A DNA stretch of 32,000 bases from Pseudodesulfovibrio piezophilus C1TLV30 (GTDB lineage: Bacteria > Desulfobacterota > Desulfovibrionia > Desulfovibrionales > Desulfovibrionaceae), in NCBI RefSeq assembly GCF_000341895.1, contig NC_020409.1:150001-182000 (forward strand). Reading direction: 5' to 3'. The notes beneath the pieces were generated by a model that saw only the letters and a list, made by a program, of their open reading frames with translations, was not told the origin of the DNA and made no database searches. How positions within the stretch are numbered: the first letter of the stretch is position 1; every line of letters begins with the position of its first letter. Made by a program: the position numbers and the translations under genes. Positions 15,386 to 23,267 of this stretch are shown one piece after another.

Positions 15386-16290
15386 TCCATTTCAAGTTTT
15401 TTCGCGTAGGTTGCAGCTTCTATCCCCGCCACGCAGCCTTCACCGACAGCTTTTGCCATCTGAAGCGGAGGACCACAAATATCACCTGCGGCATATATAC
15501 CTGGAATATTGGTGCGTTGTTTTTTGTCAGCGTCAATGTATTTCATTGATTCGTCAAGTTGGATTCCGAGCATGGCTGTCAACTCCAGAACACCCTTTGC
15601 GCCAAGCTCAATGAATACTCCACTGACATTTTGGGAGGATCCATCTTCCAGAAGAACGCCCGTAACTTCATTTTCTCCGAGTATTTTCTGAATCTTCGAA
15701 CCATTGTGGACTTTGACGCCGGTCTCTTTCAATTGAGTGATCAGTCCTTCTGCAACATCCAATTCTTCGCAATAAAGGTGCACTTCGCTTGCAAAGTTGG
15801 TCAAAGCCACAGCGCCACTGGCCGCAGCGCTCCGGCAGCCAGTGACAGCGACAACTTCATTTCTATAGAATCCTGCATCGCAATCGACACAATAACTGAC
15901 ACCTTTACCCAGTAGTTCCTTTTCTCCGGGAACTTTGAGTTTGTTGCGGCTGGAACCTGTCGCAATAACAACGGTTTTTCCTGTAATCAGCTCTCCCGAT
16001 TCTAATTCGAGAGAAAATAAAGAACCGTCAGATTCTATTTTCAAAACATCTTCATCTCTGATTTCTGCACCGAAACTGATAGCCTGCTCTCGTCCGGTGT
16101 TCAGGATGTCTTCACCTGAAATTTTAAGTTGGCAACAATAGTTTTCCACATGTGCCCAATACAAGCTGCTGTTGTCCATTCGGCCAAGCAGGAGTGTCTT
16201 GGCCTTTTTGCGTGCAGCGTGGATGGCGGCCTGAAGCCCACCTGGACCAGTTCCGAGTATGACCACATCGTAGAGAGTTGGTTCAGTCAT
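15382..16290 (-). CDS. thioredoxin-reductase-like flavoprotein disulfide reductase lacking NADPH-binding motifs
   Basis: FAD motif VILGTGPGG, redox CVDC, and C-terminal GDICG. ATG 16290 is preceded by GGAGG. The second dinucleotide site reads VAVTGCRSAAASGA instead of GGGxxA. Confidence 0.75.
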   Translation of the reverse strand: MTEPTLYDVVILGTGPGGLQAAIHAARKKAKTLLLGRMDNSSLYWAHVENYCCQLKISGEDILNTGREQAISFGAEIRDEDVLKIESDGSLFSLELESGELITGKTVVIATGSSRNKLKVPGEKELLGKGVSYCVDCDAGFYRNEVVAVTGCRSAAASGAVALTNFASEVHLYCEELDVAEGLITQLKETGVKVHNGSKIQKILGENEVTGVLLEDGSSQNVSGVFIELGAKGVLELTAMLGIQLDESMKYIDADKKQRTNIPGIYAAGDICGPPLQMAKAVGEGCVAGIEAATYAKKLEMD

Positions 16291-16366
16291 TAAGAGCCTC
16301 CGTAGTATCAAAGGGATTGTCAGAGTGATGTAATAAACACTCAGTTCGGAATGTACAGGGATGAAA

Positions 16367-17146
16367 TTAGAGAAAGGGGATGCTGAGCATTTTTCTTATC
16401 TGTATATATTCAGGCGAGCGAAAAATATTCATACCTATGTGCATTTCTGTATGGCCTAATGCTGGCTGTGACTGGTATGTCTGGAAGAGTCTGTCCCACC
16501 ACGGGAAGTTGAACCCAAAATTTTTGTTTGCCTCACGCATATCTGTTGAGTGGTGGATGCGGTGTTGATCAGGAGTGACGATGAGTAGGCGAAGAATTTT
16601 GTCTATGTGGAGTGGAATAAATATATTTGCATGATTGAAAAGGGCGCAGCTGTTCAAGAGAATTTCAAAAAACAGGACAGCCATGGGAGAAGGACCAAAA
16701 AAAAGAATACCAAGGAACTTTATCAAAGTAGAAAGGAGTATTTCAAGTGGGTGAAATCGAATGCCCGTGCTGGAGTCTATATCGAGATCCGCATGATGCA
16801 TACGATGGATTTTCCAGAGTGGGCGGATTTTGTGAAAGAAGACATGTTGCCAATAGATAAGCATGTCCAGGAAGAGGATGGCACAAATGAATTCAACCCA
16901 GGCTGGGAGTTTCAACCAATTAAACACGCCCCATCCGTGTTCGAAACAGTACAGGGCCATAGCAGTGGGAATCATTGGAGAGAGTGTGCGAATAAGGACA
17001 GTCGATATGAAAGAAATGGAAATGTTGGAGAGCCAGCGTCGCCGTCTTGATGTTTGAAGGGGGCGTCTCGGGTATATAGTTTCGAGAAGAGCAACGACGG
17101 TTAATAGTGTTGCAAAGAAACCAAGACGAATTGTTGCTTCATTCAT
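16367..17146 (-). CDS. fatty acid hydroxylase / sterol desaturase superfamily membrane di-iron protein
   Basis: Histidine boxes HVFFH, HRMHH and HRIHH in a polytopic membrane protein of 259 aa. Confidence 0.8.
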   Translation of the reverse strand: MNEATIRLGFFATLLTVVALLETIYPRRPLQTSRRRRWLSNISISFISTVLIRTLSPMIPTAMALYCFEHGWGVFNWLKLPAWVEFICAILFLDMLIYWQHVFFHKIRPLWKIHRMHHADLDIDSSTGIRFHPLEILLSTLIKFLGILFFGPSPMAVLFFEILLNSCALFNHANIFIPLHIDKILRLLIVTPDQHRIHHSTDMREANKNFGFNFPWWDRLFQTYQSQPALGHTEMHIGMNIFRSPEYIQIRKMLSIPFL

Positions 17147-17196
17147 TCTTCTTTCCTGCTAGAAGATCCGTTTTTTTCTTGTATGAAGTGTTTTAA

Positions 17197-17973
17197 TCAA
17201 GAGAGTCTTTCATCCATGAAATTTGTAATTCTTTTATTCAATGCCTGGATTCTTTCATCATCTGGCAAGAGGGAAAAAAGAATATCCAAATATCCTTTTT
17301 CCCTGAGTAGCTGCAAGGATTGAGTATAGTATAAATCATATACCCAGCCTATGACTAATAATTTAAAATCATTTGCGCTCTGGATCAGTCGGTAATCACT
17401 GGTTTCCCTGGCCATGATGCTATCGTAGACTGCCAAGGAGTACTCCCCAGGCTTTTCGACGAAGCCGTGAGTAACGACAGGGTCGGGGTTTTGACTGGTA
17501 AAGTGCTCAACCATGACTCTGTATATGTCAAGCTTGTCTGCGTCACGGACGACATTCGTTGGATGTCTCAAATGATCAGGGAGGTCTGGGCGAATTGTTT
17601 TGAGGTTGTGTTGACCGACTGCGAAGCGGATGGTCCTCCAGTCCTGGTCGCTCAGACCTTTCGGAAGAGAAAGTGTCCTGAGAGTGAGGACACCCAATCT
17701 GGCGTGATTGATCGAGTCTCGATCATTGTACGTCTGGTAGCGGGAGAACTGTGGGAATCTTCCTATATCATGATATAGAGCGGCAAGGTGGCAGAGGTCG
17801 GCCTCATGGGGGGAGATCTTTTCGGAGCGAATAATGGCCTTCGCATTCTCAAGAACGGCGAGGGAATGGGTGATTTTCAGTTGGATCTGGGCATCATACG
17901 CTTTTTCATTGTGAAAATGGCCATTGGCAAAGCCTATGAGGGTGTCGACGTGTTCATCAATCGAAAGGGTCAT
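17197..17973 (-). CDS. HD-domain phosphohydrolase-family protein
   Basis: H...HD signature (THSLAV ... LAALYHDIGRF). The ATG overlaps the upstream stop as ATGA. Confidence 0.7.
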   Translation of the reverse strand: MTLSIDEHVDTLIGFANGHFHNEKAYDAQIQLKITHSLAVLENAKAIIRSEKISPHEADLCHLAALYHDIGRFPQFSRYQTYNDRDSINHARLGVLTLRTLSLPKGLSDQDWRTIRFAVGQHNLKTIRPDLPDHLRHPTNVVRDADKLDIYRVMVEHFTSQNPDPVVTHGFVEKPGEYSLAVYDSIMARETSDYRLIQSANDFKLLVIGWVYDLYYTQSLQLLREKGYLDILFSLLPDDERIQALNKRITNFMDERLS

Positions 17974-18302
17974 TCCTCAAGCCTTTTCAATTTGATCTCA
18001 TATTCAAATTCGGTGATTTCGCCTTTCTCAAAGAGAGCCTTAAGCTCTTTGCGTTCTTTGATACGCTCTTCTTCGGCTTCTCTGTCCATCTCTTTGTCAC
18101 GGAAGAATCCATTTGGACCGTAAAGGAGGCGGAGAAAAAGTATGATAGCGATAAATATAAATGAGACAAAAATCATTCTGGCAATTGCCGGGCCAATTTG
18201 TTCTCCATACCCGGAGTTGAAAGGCCAGCCCCGCCACACAGGGCTGTCTAGAAAATCAAAAAAATCAGCCATAAAGAATGACAAGAAAGGGAAAGACATC
18301 AT
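17970..18302 (-). CDS. small membrane protein with C-terminal SHOCT domain
   Basis: There is a TM segment, IFVSFIFIAIILFLRLL. The C-terminus LKALFEKGEITEFEYEIKLKRLEE matches the SHOCT pattern. Confidence 0.6.
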   Translation of the reverse strand: MMSFPFLSFFMADFFDFLDSPVWRGWPFNSGYGEQIGPAIARMIFVSFIFIAIILFLRLLYGPNGFFRDKEMDREAEEERIKERKELKALFEKGEITEFEYEIKLKRLEE

Positions 18303-18485
18303 TATCTCCGTGAAGATTCAAGTGAACAATGGTCTTTCCCTACGTAGCAAATGACTGCGTGGCAAGCGCTTTGGGGGGAGGAAAAAATGATTCTCGTCCT
18401 CTTGTGTTAAGTCCTTTAAGTGACTATCGTCCACCATGAGTTTGATTTTGAAGGTGTTGGTTCTCAGTGGCTCAGTGGAGGAGCA

Positions 18486-18884
18486 ATGCGAATTCTGATT
18501 GTCGAAGACGAGTTCACGAGTAGGAAACTCCTGACAGCGTTGCTGTCTGATTTTGGGGAATGCGACACAGCTTCCGATGGAGTTGAATGTGTTGATATTT
18601 TTCGGCATGCCCTGGATGAAGGGAGACCGTACGATCTTCTCTGTATGGACATCATGATGCCCAACAAGGATGGGCATCAGGCACTCAAGGAAATTCGCGG
18701 TATAGAAAGCAAGCTTGGTATTCCTGCTTCCAGAGAAGCCAAAGTTATTATGGTTACAGCGTTAAATGATCCGAAAACGGTTGTGAAAGCATATTATAAA
18801 GGGGGCGCAGCTGCCTACCTGCCTAAACCCATCGAAGTCGACAGTCTTCATGCTATTCTAAAAGATCTTGAACTGATTGATTGA
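18486..18884 (+). CDS. stand-alone response-regulator receiver (CheY-like)
   Basis: MRILIVEDE..., phospho-acceptor context LLCMDIMMPNKDG, VTAL, and LPKP. GGAGG lies 5 nt upstream of ATG 18486. The listed ORF start at 18420 is an upstream extension. Confidence 0.85.
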   Translation: MRILIVEDEFTSRKLLTALLSDFGECDTASDGVECVDIFRHALDEGRPYDLLCMDIMMPNKDGHQALKEIRGIESKLGIPASREAKVIMVTALNDPKTVVKAYYKGGAAAYLPKPIEVDSLHAILKDLELID

Positions 18885-18915
18885 AATACTCATATTTTCT
18901 TTATCCCCCAATATT

Positions 18916-19665
18916 ATGATTCAAATAAAAAAAATGATTCAGTGTTTGTTGGCCTTGTGGTGCCGTTGTCTTGCTGTTTTGCTTCTTATTCCGGCTACAG
19001 TTCTGCCCGCGTTCGCAGAACAGCAAACGCCTTCTTCCGGTGGGCATATACTCAATATCCTTCTCCTGGGCGTGATTGCCTATTTTCTGGTTCGTATGTT
19101 TCGACGCAGAATGGGGGGAGGAAGCAACTCCGAGAAACACTCGGATAATGATACATCCAAGAATTCCAGGCCTCAAGGACGTGTACTTCGTCCTATGGAT
19201 AGGCATGAAGCTGCGCGGCAAATGTGGGGGCAATTGGGGTCTGAGAAGAATGATAGCCAAACAGGGGATGCGCAAGCTGAAATACGGGTGGATGGTTTCG
19301 ATGAAGCTGAATTCATTGAAGGAGCCAAAATTCTGTTTTCGCGGTTTCAGCAGGCCTCAGACAGCCAAGATTTTGATGAGTTGAAAATTTTTCTTTCAGA
19401 CGAAGTCTATACCGATGCAGTTAAACAGAGTCAGGAATTTCCTTCCGGAGTACGTACTGAGATCATGCTTCTCGATGCGCGTTTGATGGAAGTGAAAACA
19501 GAGGAAGGGCGGACCCTTGCCTCTGTTTTTTATGATGCACAGATCCGCAGGGGAGTCTCTGGAGAGCAGCCTATGCAAATCAAAGCCGTATGGGATTTCT
19601 CTCGCGAGGATGCCATGGAAAAGAGCCTGTGGACATTAGAAAAAATCAATAAAGTTGATCAATAG
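18916..19665 (+). CDS. membrane-anchored Tim44-like domain protein
   Basis: It has a signal/anchor plus a second TM (ILNILLLGVIAYFLV) and a basic linker. The C-terminal ~150 aa, with FDEAEFIEGAKILFSRFQQA...VWDFSRE...WTLEKI, is typical of bacterial Tim44-like proteins. The start is uncertain (18916 or 18934). Confidence 0.65.
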   Translation: MIQIKKMIQCLLALWCRCLAVLLLIPATVLPAFAEQQTPSSGGHILNILLLGVIAYFLVRMFRRRMGGGSNSEKHSDNDTSKNSRPQGRVLRPMDRHEAARQMWGQLGSEKNDSQTGDAQAEIRVDGFDEAEFIEGAKILFSRFQQASDSQDFDELKIFLSDEVYTDAVKQSQEFPSGVRTEIMLLDARLMEVKTEEGRTLASVFYDAQIRRGVSGEQPMQIKAVWDFSREDAMEKSLWTLEKINKVDQ

Positions 19666-19690
19666 CCAGTAAAACCGCTTGGAGGAAATC

Positions 19691-20413
19691 GTGGCTGAGA
19701 AAGAGTATAATCTTGATCAGCCCATGGATTCGTTGATCAACCTGGCCGTAAAAAAATTCGGCGAGGTTGAGTTTCAGCCTGTTTCTGTGGGAGATCATTC
19801 TTTTTTTGTTTTGCAAATAAAGAATATGCAGCAATATATTGATAAATTGATGGATAAAACGAGAGCAGGCAAAACTGTCTCATTGCCTCTTTGGGCTAAA
19901 ATATGGCCAGCGAGTCTTGTCTTGGGACACTCTTTGTCTAAGTTCTCTCTGGGTGAAAACAAGACGGTTCTGGAAATTGGCGCCGGGGCTGCCCTTTCAA
20001 CTATGGTTTTCGCAAAGCGTGGACTTCGGGTAACGCTTGCAGATCATGATCAGGATGCTCTTCTTTTTAGCCGTATCAATATTCTAAAAAATGGACTGGA
20101 GGCACGGGCCAAAACAGTCAAAACAGATTTTAAGACTCCGCTGGCTGAGCGGTATGACTGCATCGTCGGCGCGGAACTTTTATACGATGAACAGTCTTTT
20201 AACCTTTTGGCTCCATTTGTTGAAAAAAATCTTATCGAAGGCCTGGAAGGTGAAGTCTTCTTCTCGCTTGATCTGAAAAGGGCGGCGAGAAATTTCTTTG
20301 CATCATGCAATACCCATTTTAATATTATGAAATCGACAGTCTCTTTCAAAGATCAGGAAACCGGGGATGATCAGCCTGTGAACCTCTTCAGATTCAAGAG
20401 GAAAGAGCAGTGA
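19691..20413 (+). CDS. class I SAM-dependent methyltransferase, family-16 (METTL21/protein-lysine MTase)-like
   Basis: LPLWAKIWPASLVLGHSL followed by VLEIGAGAALSTMVFAKRGLRVTLADHD and IVGAELLY. GTG 19691 lies 4 nt after GGAGGA. The stop overlaps the ycaO start (GTGA). Confidence 0.65.
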   Translation: MAEKEYNLDQPMDSLINLAVKKFGEVEFQPVSVGDHSFFVLQIKNMQQYIDKLMDKTRAGKTVSLPLWAKIWPASLVLGHSLSKFSLGENKTVLEIGAGAALSTMVFAKRGLRVTLADHDQDALLFSRINILKNGLEARAKTVKTDFKTPLAERYDCIVGAELLYDEQSFNLLAPFVEKNLIEGLEGEVFFSLDLKRAARNFFASCNTHFNIMKSTVSFKDQETGDDQPVNLFRFKRKEQ

Positions 20414-22137
20414 TAGAACTCAAGGATTGTTTTAAGAAGTATGATACGGATCAGGATAAAGCCTGTTCTCCTGAAGAAACCGTCAGGAGGGTCAAAAATC
20501 TGCTCGCAGAAAAATGTGAGGGAGTTCTGGCTCAGACAGAGAGGGTAGACACAGGGAGATTGGGAATTCCCGTCTTTGTGAGTACCTGTGGTCCAGAAGC
20601 CCAAAAGGTCATGCCAACAAGGAAACAAATGGGTAAAGGGGCCTCCCCTGAGCAGGCTGAAGCTTCAGCGTTGATGGAGTTAGTTGAGCGATTTTCCTAT
20701 TTCAGTTTTTGGTCTGATGAAAGTAATTTTGTGGAATTGACATGGTCTGAAGCTCAGGAGCAGTGGCCGGGGCAGGTTGTTGATATTCAGATGATCATAG
20801 CTTCGGTGGATGAAGAAATTCATCCTGCAGATGCAGTTCGTCTCATGGATCTTATTCAGTGGCGTTTTCATCCTGCTTTGAATATCGCGACAGGCAAACA
20901 GGAATATGTTCCGCTGGACTGGTTTAAAAAATTAAATGAATTCAATGGTTCATCTGCTGGGAATACTTTTGAGGAATCCATTGGACAAGGAGCATGCGAA
21001 TTAGTCGAGCGGCATGTGTGTGCTGTCGTGGACAGAGCTCGTTCCGTGGTGCCGACAATAGATTCGGCGACGTGTGATGATCCTGTTTTTCGCCGTCTGG
21101 TCGAGTGCTTCGAGCGTAATGGAGTCAACTTGCTCCTCAAGGATTTTACAGAAGGCTACCCGGTGCCTACCGTGGCTGCTGTTGCCTGGGATGAAAAGAC
21201 ATTCCCAGCCTTGAGTGAAATTGTGTTTACCGCTGGAACAGCCGCTTCACCAGTGAAGGCCGCTATTCGTGCAATTACTGAGGTGGCCCAACTTGCAGGA
21301 GATTTTGAGACCAGTAGAGTCTATGAAGCTTCTGGCTTGCCCAAGTTGACAGATCTTGCACAGTTGGAATGGCTGCGAAAGGGAGACGTTGTTTCTCTGG
21401 AATCTTTGCCTTCCACTGAAGATGACAATATATATAATGAATTGATGGTATTGGCTCAAGGACTTGAGGCCAAGGGAACGCCGCTTTATTCTGTTGACAC
21501 CCGCCACCCAGACTTGATGGTGACCACCAATTACAGTTTTGTTCCAGGTTTTGATTTTCGGGAGCGGACACCAAATAGATGTATCGGGCTTTTTGTTGGT
21601 CGGATTCTTGCCGAAGACGTTGAATTCGGAGATGCTTTGCAAGGGTTTGAAATCCTTTCTGAAGTCTATCCCAATGCGTATTTCATACCCTTTTTTAAGG
21701 GACTTTTGGCACTCCGAATGGGCGATGCTGAATACGCTGTGGAGCAGTTTGGGGAAGCTGAACCACTGCAACCCGATAGTCAGGAGCGGGCCTTGGCTGC
21801 ATTTTATCAGGCTTATGCCTTGTCGCAATTGGAACGATGGGCTGATGCCATTCCGCACCTTGATGATGCGGTTAGTTTTGATTCCGAGTGCAAGGAATTT
21901 TTCAATCTTCGTGGCGTCGCTTATTTCAAAAGCGAACTGTACGAGAAAGCAGCTAAAGATTTTCAAGCTTCATTGACCTTGGACAGCGGGTCTCCCCATG
22001 ATTTAGCTAATCTCGGATTATGTCATAAATTTATGGGGAATACTTCGGAGGCTTTTGATTATCTTAAAGCCGCGCTCAAGTTGGACCCGAACTTGGAATA
22101 TGCTCGAACTCACTATGATGAACTCAAGCAAATCTAG
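20410..22137 (+). CDS. ycaO: YcaO-domain protein with C-terminal TPR repeats
   Basis: GKGASPEQAEASALMELVERFS is the YcaO ATP-site signature region. The C-terminal ~150 aa are TPR-like (AAFYQAYALSQLERWADAIPHLDDAVSFD, FFNLRGVAYFKSELYEKAAKDFQASLTLD, ANLGLCHKFMGNTSEAFDYLKAALKLDP). Confidence 0.8.
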   Translation: MIELKDCFKKYDTDQDKACSPEETVRRVKNLLAEKCEGVLAQTERVDTGRLGIPVFVSTCGPEAQKVMPTRKQMGKGASPEQAEASALMELVERFSYFSFWSDESNFVELTWSEAQEQWPGQVVDIQMIIASVDEEIHPADAVRLMDLIQWRFHPALNIATGKQEYVPLDWFKKLNEFNGSSAGNTFEESIGQGACELVERHVCAVVDRARSVVPTIDSATCDDPVFRRLVECFERNGVNLLLKDFTEGYPVPTVAAVAWDEKTFPALSEIVFTAGTAASPVKAAIRAITEVAQLAGDFETSRVYEASGLPKLTDLAQLEWLRKGDVVSLESLPSTEDDNIYNELMVLAQGLEAKGTPLYSVDTRHPDLMVTTNYSFVPGFDFRERTPNRCIGLFVGRILAEDVEFGDALQGFEILSEVYPNAYFIPFFKGLLALRMGDAEYAVEQFGEAEPLQPDSQERALAAFYQAYALSQLERWADAIPHLDDAVSFDSECKEFFNLRGVAYFKSELYEKAAKDFQASLTLDSGSPHDLANLGLCHKFMGNTSEAFDYLKAALKLDPNLEYARTHYDELKQI

Positions 22138-22194
22138 TGTGTTGTTGATGATATTTGAGCTTTGTCATTGTTGAATAGAAAAGGTCAGAGCGCT

Positions 22195-22224
22195 TGACAA
22201 AACTCATGGTGGGGAAGTAATGTC
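22195..22224 (+). promoter_or_regulatory. sigma70-type promoter candidate for dsrC
   Basis: TTGACA (22195-22200), 18-nt spacer, TAATGT (22219-22224). It lies about 125 nt upstream of the dsrC ATG. Confidence 0.45.
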
Positions 22225-22350
22225 CTTCCACGGTTTTAGCCGATGCTCCAATTATATAGGTATCAAACAGCGGATCGCTGTTTACACGGATATGGTAGCT
22301 TCGTGTATTTCGAAGCTCAGCATGAAAAACTATCCACTTAGGAGGATAAA

Positions 22351-22668
22351 ATGGCTGTTGTTGAATTCCAGGGTTCTTCTTTTGAGGTTGATGAGGACGG
22401 TTTCCTGCAGAAGTTCGAAGATTGGACTCCGCTGTGGGTCGACTTCGTCAAAGAGTCTGAAGGTATCAAGGAGATTTCCGAAGATCACCAGAAAGTCATC
22501 GACTTCTTGCAGGACTACTACAAGAAGAACGGCATCGCACCGATGGTCCGTATTCTCTCCAAGGTCACTGGCTTCAAGCTGAAACAGATCTACGAGCTGT
22601 TCCCGTCCGGACCTGGTAAAGGCGCCTGTAAAATGGCTGGCCTGCCCAAGCCTACCGGCTGCGTATAG
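22351..22668 (+). CDS. dsrC: dissimilatory sulfite reductase-associated protein DsrC
   Basis: 105 aa ending ..GPGKGACKMAGLPKPTGCV, with both conserved C-terminal-arm cysteines. Strong RBS TAGGAGG. Confidence 0.95.
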   Translation: MAVVEFQGSSFEVDEDGFLQKFEDWTPLWVDFVKESEGIKEISEDHQKVIDFLQDYYKKNGIAPMVRILSKVTGFKLKQIYELFPSGPGKGACKMAGLPKPTGCV

Positions 22669-22691
22669 TTCGCAATCGAGCTTGATTATTA

Positions 22692-22722
22692 AAGGCGGAC
22701 GTTTCGGCGTTCGCCTTTTTTG
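22692..22722 (+). terminator. rho-independent terminator of dsrC
   Basis: AGGCGGACG (22693-22701) pairs with CGTTCGCCT (22708-22716), with one G-U pair, followed by TTTTTTG. Confidence 0.7.
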
Positions 22723-22780
22723 TCCGTAGACAAATTTATTTCAGAGTGTTGAAAGTCTGGATAAATGATAGATTTTGTGC

Positions 22781-22809
22781 TTGCCAACGAGGTCTTTCCT
22801 ACGTATAAG
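22781..22809 (+). promoter_or_regulatory. sigma70-type promoter candidate for rpmE
   Basis: TTGCCA (22781-22786), 17-nt spacer, TATAAG (22804-22809). Confidence 0.45.
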
Positions 22810-22846
22810 ACCGAGTTCCAAACGAAATCAATGACAGGAGAGCGTC

Positions 22847-23068
22847 ATGCAAAAAGATATTCATCCCACTACTTACAAGGCTAAAATCCGTTGCCATTGT
22901 GGCTACGAAGCTGAATTGACGACTACCAAGGGCGAAGAGCTTGAGGTTGAAATCTGTTCTAACTGCCATCCTTTTTACACTGGCAAGCAGCGTTTTGTTG
23001 ATACTGCTGGTCGTATCGATCGTTTCCGTAAGAAGTACGCAGCATTCGGCAAGAATACAGAAAAGTAG
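22847..23068 (+). CDS. rpmE: 50S ribosomal protein L31 (Zn-ribbon type)
   Basis: [19 protein letters not shown]...[28 protein letters not shown]. Confidence 0.95.
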   Translation: MQKDIHPTTYKAKIRCHCGYEAELTTTKGEELEVEICSNCHPFYTGKQRFVDTAGRIDRFRKKYAAFGKNTEK

Positions 23069-23098
23069 CTCCTTCTTTTTTCGGCGAAAGCCGTGATC

Positions 23099-23148
23099 AT
23101 ATGCCTTCGTTTGGGAGAAATCCCTGCGGAGGCATATTGTTTTATTTG
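23099..23148 (+). terminator. terminator-like structure after rpmE
   Basis: ATATGCCT (23099-23106) pairs with AGGCATAT (23130-23137), enclosing a GGGAGAAATCCC sub-hairpin, followed by TGTTTTATTTG. Confidence 0.45.
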
Positions 23149-23267
23149 ACGGTCTTTACAAATAGTAAGAGAATTCCTAGTTCTTTTACTTGAGTCGACG
23201 TTTGAGTCTGGCTTTGTTATTAAGGAAGAGTTGCGTATCGCCATCTTTTTGACCGGAGGGTAATAGT

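Noticed and set aside
18358-18372. sigma54-like TGGCAAGCGCTTTGG upstream of the receiver-YcaO operon
   Set aside because: The spacing is right, but both half-sites deviate (TGGCAA, and TTGG instead of TTGC). That is too weak to call without an enhancer-binding-protein context.
22220-22582. 120-aa ORF overlapping the dsrC leader and coding region
   Set aside because: It is out of frame with an unmistakable dsrC, has an Arg/Ser/Leu-rich composition and no RBS.
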